Source: Octopus sinensis (taxonomy: Eukaryota). Taken from it: DNA of 28,811 bases. The stretch covers positions 1 through 28,811 of the forward strand of contig NW_021833195.1 in NCBI RefSeq assembly GCF_006345805.1. Reading direction: 5' to 3'. How positions within the stretch are numbered: the first letter of the stretch is position 1; every line of letters starts with the position of its first letter. A model generated the notes under the pieces. That model ran no database searches. It was not told the DNA's origin and saw nothing but the letters and a program-made list of their open reading frames with translations. Below, one piece after another: positions 22,269 through 28,811 of the stretch. A program made the translations under genes and the position numbers.

Positions 22269-22314
22269 TCTACAGACATGCATGTTTCTGGGTTTTGCCC
22301 ATCATCAGTCTAGA
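22269..22314 (-). ncRNA. Type I hammerhead ribozyme (candidate)
   Basis: Minus strand reads UCUAGA-CUGAUGA-UGGG(CAAAA)CCCA-GAAA-CAUGCAUG-UC-UGUAGA: complete core, 4-bp helix II, palindromic helix III (ACAUGCAUGU), GUC cleavage triplet and helix I with one G-G mismatch. Confidence 0.8.
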
Positions 22315-22386
22315 GTAGCAGAGGCCTGCTAGCTGAAGATATTTGTCTAGACTTCGTAAAGATATATATAAATACAAATATATATA

Positions 22387-22453
22387 TATACGCCAAGGAA
22401 ACCGGGAAACCGGATCTATGAGCCAGGCGTGGCTCGAGAAGAAACAAACAACA
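22387..22453 (+). mobile_element. 3' terminal fragment of family C tail type 3
   Basis: TATACGCCAAGGAAACCGGGAAACCGG..GAGCCAGGCGTGGCTCGAGAAG matches the reverse complement of 11646-11709. Confidence 0.8.
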
Positions 22454-23179
22454 AAACGTATATTATTATCTATGGATTGGTATCGAAAAGTTTTATTCAA
22501 TAATAATATCGAAAAGATTTGTTTATATTGTGGAGAAAGCTAAAAAATTAAAAATATGTATATATATATATATGTGTATGTATGCATGTTTGTATGTGTG
22601 TGTTTATGTGTGCAGGCAAGATATACGGAATCCAGTTGATTCGCATTTTAAATCGACATGTACAGTTTGATTAAAGGTAAATGACCTTTACGTCAGAGAT
22701 ATGTGAACTCGATACGAAATATTCATCAATAAATATCGATACTTTCACATATTCGGTATTTGTACAAACAATCATAAAGTATTACGGAGATGTACTTGCA
22801 TCGCAAGTGACCTGACCTGAGATCGTGTGCTGGAACTCATAATGTAAACGACAGATAAGTAAAGGAGTTACACCAAACGGCTTAGGAACCATGGCTTTTG
22901 CCTCTGTTGATCTCTGTTTATCCGACTGAAAAGTCATATTTAAATAAATATAGCATAAGTTATCTTACTACGCATCCTACCTCTACAGCTTTTTGAAGAA
23001 TGCAAGTTATAGTTACAGTGGTTTGATTACAGGATATATGACAAAATCTTGAACAATAACTGATAGGTACAGATATGTGTGTCGATAAAATGTGGAGTAA
23101 ATATACGACGCAAAGATGTCGACGGGCGTGACACGGTCTGTCTCATTCTTTGTCGCCTTTTATGAATTTTTCTCTCAAT

Positions 23180-23237
<58 letters not shown>

Positions 23238-23280
23238 ATATATATAATATATATATGTATATATATAATTATATATTATG

Positions 23281-23330
<50 letters not shown>

Positions 23331-23580
23331 TGTATGTATGTATGTGTGTATGTGTGTATGTATGTATGTATGTATGTATGTATGTATGTATGGATGGACG
23401 GATGGATGTTTGTACGCATGAATAGATGTATATGTATGTGTGTGTTTGGTGTGGGTGGTGTGTGTATGAATGCATCTATGCATGTATACAGCGAGCGAAA
23501 TAGAGAGTCAGGTGAGATTAAGGAGGAGAGATGAATAGAAATAGAGGAAGAAAGGAAATGCGAGAATATCTTCTGTTGAG

Positions 23581-23646
<66 letters not shown>

Positions 23647-23877
23647 GTATATATACATATGTGTGTGTGTACATATAGGTTGATAGAGATAGATATGTTC
23701 AACACGTAAATATCGCATATGGCATACATCGATATGTGTGTATAGAAATATAAATCTGTTTACACACGAACAAAAAGCCATATACACGCACGCACAACCA
23801 CACACATATACATACATATATATATATGTATATATATATATATGTATATATTTATATATGTATATATATATATATAC

Positions 23878-23920
<43 letters not shown>

Positions 23921-24161
23921 GTATGTATGTATACATGTATGTACGTATGTATGTATGTATGTAGGAAATATATATTTACATATATATATGTGTACATACA
24001 TAGACATATATATATATGTAACTATGATACGTATGTATAATAATATACATATATATATAATATATAATATATTATATATATAAGTATATATATATATATA
24101 CACATATAAGTATATATAATATATATATAAGTATATATATATATATATAAGTATATATATA

Positions 24162-24200
<39 letters not shown>

Positions 24201-24230
24201 TTATATAATATATATATACATATATTCATA
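23180..24230. repeat. Cluster of (TA)n, (TATG)n and (CA)n microsatellites
   Basis: Tracts at ~23180-23400, 23583-23643 and 23800-24230. Confidence 0.9.
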
Positions 24231-24522
24231 GTTATGTGGTACGTGTCTTACTTTTCTGAACGTCTATAGGGAACTGGTGAATGAATTGATAAATTGATTC
24301 ACAGGAGATTAGTTCTATTCGAATAGTGTCGCCATAAAGCTGATAACATGACAACAATGGCCAGCGTAAATTTAAAAGAATTTTTGAAAAAAAAATAATA
24401 GTAAAATCATTATTAAATCTCAAACAAAAATGATGTCAGCATATGTATGTGTATATGTGTGTAAGTGTGTGTGATTGTGTATGTTTATATGTCAATGTTT
24501 GTGTCTACATATTCTGTATGTA

Positions 24523-24593
<71 letters not shown>

Positions 24594-25062
24594 TATATAT
24601 AAGGTGTGTATTGTTGGCGTTTGTTCGTAGAATATAGCTTTTGTTAATTTGCATTTCAATTTCTCTGTATCCCGCCTTTGTTTGTCGTAAGTAAAGAAAT
24701 GGAGGGAAAATCCACTGTAGATTGTAAATGGTAAGATAGACAGGAACCCAGTTTATAAAAGACAATGGAATAAATAATTTTTGCAAAGAGTATGAAAAAT
24801 ATACCGCCCATATAGAAATACACACTGATATAAATACGCATATACCTATAGAATTTCATACGTATACATGTATACTTATATGTACGTATGCATGTGCGTA
24901 TGTATAAGATTACAAAATACATTTTATATATATGTATGTATAATGTATGGTTGTATGTATGTTTTTTTCAAAAAGTACTTCATGAATGACAAAAATATAA
25001 TTTTTAGTATACAATCTGACGCAAATACCTGATAATGAAATACGGAATGCCAGAGATATCAA

Positions 25063-25063
25063 G

Positions 25064-25106
<43 letters not shown>

Positions 25107-25452
25107 ATGAATGCGTATGTGTGTATATTTATGGGTGTGTGTGTATATGCACGTATGCATGTAAGTATATATGTACATATGCATGTGTGTATGTGTGTGC
25201 GTGTATGAGTGTGTGTGAGTGTGTATATATTTATGTGTGTGTATGTATATGCATGTATGCATGTATGTAATTATGTATGTATGTGTGTATGTGTATATGT
25301 GTGTGTGCGTGTATGAGTGTGTGTGTGAGTGCGTGTGTGTGTGTGTATATTTATGTGTGTGTATGTTTATGCATGTATGCTGTATGTAAATATGTATGTA
25401 CATATGTATGTGTATGTGTGTGTGTATGAGTGTGTGTGTGAGAGAGAGTGTG

Positions 25453-25483
<31 letters not shown>

Positions 25484-25532
25484 GCGTGTATGAGTGTGTG
25501 AGTGTGTATGTGCGCGTGTGTGTGTACGTATG
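25063..25532. repeat. Compound (TG)/(TATG) tract with ~100-120-bp higher-order duplication
   Basis: GTGTGCGTGTATGA..ATATTTATG..GTATGCATGTA recurs about three times. Confidence 0.85.
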
Positions 25533-26145
25533 TATTTACCATGAACAAAAGAAAAGTTAAATGTCATTTTAGAATTCGAGAGATTGCGGGAAGCGAATGA
25601 AAACATAATGGCGTCTGCAAGAGGGAAGTCTTTATTGTATGGAAGAGCATTAATCGAATAAAACGAGATATATGAAAGGAAAGAGGAATGAACAAGCGCC
25701 GTGTGGCTTTAAAGACAAGATTCAATTCTATCTATATCGTCTTTATATTCTGGAGAATTATATTAGCTGATAATATTCATTATTTATCTCCCTTGCTTGT
25801 CGCTGTGAGATATTAAGCAAATCTAAATTTTTCTTCTTTTTATTCTATGTATTTGCATTGTCCCCTCTGCTCTCATGCTGATATTATGCGTGTGTGTGTG
25901 TTATTACGTGTTATTATCTCTCATCTGTTTCTCTAGATAATTGATGTCAACTAAATTGTGGCAAGTGATGCGAGGGTGTTTTGTCGAGGAATTGTGACAG
26001 GAACGAAACATGTCGCTTTTAAAATGAAGTTTGATTCAAAGTTGGGTCATTCAAATGCTTTGTCTATACTTTCTGAAAATATGAAAGGTATATATCTGTG
26101 TGAACGAAAGTTAGTGTGTGTCTATATTCATACATACATATATGT

Positions 26146-26524
26146 GGAGGCGCAATGGCCCAGTGGTTAGGGCAGTGGACTCGCGGTCGTAGCATCGCGG
26201 TTTCGATTCCCAGACCGGGCGTTGTGAGTGTTTATTGAGCGAAAACACCTAAAGCTCCACGAGGCTCCGGCAGGGGATGGTGTGATCCCTGCTGTACTCT
26301 TCGCCACCAACTTCTCTCACTCTTACTTCCTGTTTCTGTTGTACCTGTATTTCAAATGGCCGGCCTTGCCACTCTCGTGTAACGCTGAATATCCCCGAGA
26401 ACTACGTTAAGGGTACACGTGTCTGTGGAGTGCTCAGCCACTTACACGTTAATTTCACGAGCAGGCTGTTCCGTTGATCGGATCAACCGGAACCCTCATC
26501 GTTGTAACCGACGGAGTGCTTCCA
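26146..26524 (+). mobile_element. SINE family C, tail type 2, full length, 14-bp TSD
   Basis: A box TGGCCCAGTGG, B box GGTTTCGATTCC; ACATACATATATGT at 26132-26145 and 26524-26537. Confidence 0.88.
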
Positions 26525-26553
26525 CATACATATATGTATCAAACAAAATTTAA

Positions 26554-26612
26554 AAAAACAGAACACAAAGGATGTCGCGGTACACGTGTTACATCCTTTG
26601 TGTTCTGTTTTT
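26554..26612. repeat. Perfect 22-bp inverted repeat with 15-nt spacer
   Basis: AAAAACAGAACACAAAGGATGT / ACATCCTTTGTGTTCTGTTTTT. Confidence 0.95.
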
Positions 26613-26983
26613 CATTTCATTTGATACATATATCCTCTCACCTCTGCTACTAGCTGGCATATACAGGTGCTTACATTTATCAAGTATTCAGCCTGAATTT
26701 ATTGTACCTACCGTTCATACATACATATGTATATGTGTATGTGTGTCTATATGTGTATGTGAATGAGTATATTAATACACACACATAAACTCGTATGTAG
26801 ATATATGTGTTTGTATATGTGCGTCTGGGCATCTGTGACTATATATGTGTATATATTGATATGTATATATGTCATTATTCAGTTTTATTTCAAGTTTTGT
26901 TGCCAATAAGGAAAGAGCCGGTTTCTAACCTAGATTCCGGTTCATTGGAATTTCAACACAAATAACATTGTATTTTTTATTTT

Positions 26984-27001
26984 TGTATGTATGTATGAAT
27001 G

Positions 27002-27035
<34 letters not shown>

Positions 27036-27674
27036 TGTATGTATGTATGTATGTATGTATGTATGTATGTATTTATATATGTATGTATGCATGTATTTAT
27101 GTATGTATGTATGAATGTATGTATGTATGTATGTATGAATGTATGTATGTATGCATCTATGTATGTATGTATGTATGTATGTATGTATGTATGTATGTTG
27201 TATGAATGCATGTATGTATGCATCTATGTATGTATGTATGTATGTATGTATGTATGTATGTATGTATGTATGTATGAATGTATGTATGTATGCATCTATG
27301 TATGTATGAATGCATGTATGTATGCATCTATGTATGTATGTATGTATGTATGCATCTATGTATGTATGAATGCATGTATGTATGCATCTATGTATGTATG
27401 TATGTATGTACGTATGTATGTATGTATGAATGTATGTATGTATGTATGTATGTATGTATGTATGTATGTATGAATGTATGTATGTATGCATCTATGTATG
27501 TATGAATGCATGTATGTATGCATCTATGTATGTATGTATGTATGTATGTATTTATGTATTTATGTATGTATGCATCTATGTATGTATGTATTTATGTATG
27601 TATGTATGTATGTATGCATGTATGTATGTATGTATTTATGTATGTATTTGTGTATGTATGTATGTATGTATATG

Positions 27675-27710
<36 letters not shown>

Positions 27711-27736
27711 TGTATGTATGTATGTATATGTATGTA
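26984..27736. repeat. ~750-bp (TATG)n satellite with recurring variants
   Basis: GCATCTATG and GAATGCATG variants recur in blocks. Confidence 0.95.
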
Positions 27737-27948
27737 CAGTTGCGGCCAAAATGTTAGGAACGGCATTGTTTTCGCCAGTAAAGTAGGTATAAGTTTTTAT
27801 CAAAGTTGTTTTATATTCTATAATTTTCACAGACAATAAATACAATATTAATTGTTATTGTCTGAGATTTTGGTGGAGGATAATACAAAAGTTATGGATG
27901 ATTTAGTGATTTACTGCAAAACCCATGGCGGCCAAAATGATCAGAACG
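27737..27948. mobile_element. Tc1-like DNA transposon end with IR/DR architecture
   Basis: TA|CAGTTGCGGCCAAAA terminus; direct repeat GCGGCCAAAATG.T..GAACG at 27742-27762 and 27928-27948. No partner TIR or recognisable transposase lies within the window. Confidence 0.65.
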
Positions 27949-28811
27949 ATTGCTTTTACTCCGTGTTTTAGTATATTTAACTGGCGAGCTCTAATGTTTT
28001 GAATTTGTTTACCTGACGGTTAGTTTACTAAACATTAGTAAGAATACCTGCAGTGTACTTTGTTAATATAATGCCACTTACTCCGTTACCAATTCGTCAG
28101 TAGATTATATACAATTATATTATACAATATATTATACATTTAAAAATTTACGTAATAAGATTAGAAGCTATATTATACATTGCTTCTAATTCTATTTGTC
28201 TCAGATTTACTGGGATTAATCAACTGATTTTTAGAACTACAGCGAAAATTAAACCTGTGATCATTAATAAAAGTGATGAAACCCATTCGGCGAAACAATT
28301 CATCTCTTCAATATTTTAATCTATTTTAAGTTTTCAGACTCTGCGCTTAATCCTCAGTGTATGAAATTGTGCTTGATGCCATCTGTTTTATTAATGTTCG
28401 TATTATTAGCAATAACTGGCAAGAATTATTTGTAGCTCACGCTCTCACAGCTGTGATATTACTAGTTTTTACATTATGAAGCTAAAAATCAGATTGAATT
28501 CCGTTAGAAAATCCAGTAGCATTCCTTAGGGAGCATCGAAAATTGTTATCTTTCCATAGGGTAAATCTTTTCATCAAAGCAAAAAATATCTGTGTCTCTC
28601 AACTGGAAATCTATTAACGCCGGGAAATTTTTCGTAACGTGTAAACTAAAGTACCTTTGTACTTTTATTTTCTGGAATAACTTTTGAAAAACATTGATGC
28701 GCCGTTTTATATTTCATGGTGTTCGATTTATTTTTATTTTCTTTACTAAGACTTTAAAAACAAATGTTTTCTGGATATTATGGATTGGTTTTCATAAAGA
28801 GATTATGTCGA

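Noticed and set aside
953-27845. Dozens of ORFs rich in YI, YLSI, HT, CV, MYVC or poly-I/Y
   Set aside because: They are translations of stop-free microsatellites, with no coding evidence.

Overview
AT-rich, microsatellite-dense eukaryotic non-coding DNA. The repeat content suggests an octopus or other coleoid cephalopod; this is inferred from recalled repeat families, not from a search. I can support no host protein-coding gene, and almost all listed ORFs are translations of (TA)n, (GATA)n, (TATG)n, (CA)n or (ATT)n. The main element is a near full-length (~3.8 kb, minus strand, ~14682-18487) decayed R4/Dong-type non-LTR retrotransposon. It has an N-terminal DNA-binding motif, an RT with YMDD, a CCHC knuckle and a restriction-like endonuclease, and sits in (TAA)n microsatellite on both sides. 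Around it are about 20 copies or fragments of several tRNA-derived SINE families, an RTE LINE 3' fragment, a Tc1-like IR/DR end, a TTAGGG-containing repeat and several local duplications. The most interesting non-annotated structures are (i) a type I hammerhead ribozyme capping a ~145-nt inverted repeat (22221-22367, minus), (ii) a tRNA-headed SINE-like element ending in a Penelope-type minimal hammerhead (11917-12258), (iii) one SINE head joined to three different tails, (iv) a tightly spaced inverted SINE pair, and (v) a perfect 22-bp hairpin.
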